Part shown: positions 31,971 through 32,000 of the stretch, piece by piece
Numbering within the stretch: the stretch's first letter is position 1
Layout: the number at the start of each line of letters is the position of its first letter
NCBI GenBank assembly: GCA_038823825.1
Contig: JAWBCC010000006.1
Location: 1-32,000 of the forward strand
Length of the DNA: 32,000 nucleotides
Direction of reading: 5' to 3'
DNA from: Candidatus Hadarchaeales archaeon
Lineage (GTDB): Archaea; Hadarchaeota; Hadarchaeia; Hadarchaeales; Hadarchaeaceae
Translations under genes and position numbers: made by a program
Notes under the pieces: model-generated
The model's database searches: none
The model's input: the letters and a program-made list of their open reading frames with translations, nothing else
What the model was told of the DNA's origin: nothing

Positions 31971-32000
31971 CTCTCAGAATTTCGCGCTTGCTGAGACAAA

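Noticed and set aside
31974-32000. Possible 3' end of a convergent minus-strand gene after tatD (in-frame TGA at 31976-31974; C-terminal peptide ...FVSASAKF).
   Set aside because: Only 8 codons are visible, which is too short to support any call.

Overview
Archaeal chromosomal segment. Diagnostic genes are RadA, a multi-OB RPA, RFC small subunit, Cdc48/VAT, ribosomal protein S17e and a 16S-tRNA(Ala)-23S operon with long processing helices. I count about 24 protein genes and 3 RNA genes. The rRNA genes are much more GC-rich than the coding DNA (mid-40s % GC by eye), which suggests a thermophile. Left 6.5 kb: two co-oriented genes for very large exported proteins. One of them (1-1672, minus) is missing from the ORF track because it runs off the window edge. 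It consists of eight ~51-aa W-x-G-S-x-W repeats. Its neighbour is a 1584-aa protein with DUF2341-like/LamG-like, beta-sandwich, helical-hairpin and CARDB-like regions and a C-terminal TM anchor. This pair is my best candidate for an uncharacterised (cell-surface) system. Middle of the window: a translationally coupled nrdD-dcd-thyX-nrdG operon; a MinD-like ATPase divergent from an atypical Hsp20-like gene followed by cdc48; a small PRC-barrel gene; an overlapping rpa-radA-HAD phosphatase string followed by a metallophosphoesterase; a class II (bacterial-type) HMG-CoA reductase; a class II glutamine amidotransferase; ileS; and rfcS. Right end: the rRNA operon on the minus strand with no linked 5S, preceded by rps17e and an unlisted 58-aa 2x[4Fe-4S] ferredoxin, then a TatD-family hydrolase. 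The rRNAs carry notable substitutions: a swapped base pair in the 16S central pseudoknot that hits two standard archaeal primer sites, and a C at the 23S position equivalent to E. coli A2503. I found no CRISPR array, transposase, integrase, intein or recognisable defence gene. All product calls rest on motif recognition by eye, with no database search. rRNA ends are approximate (about +/-20-30 nt). Several ORF-track starts are over-extended because the track starts each ORF at the most upstream ATG/GTG/TTG.
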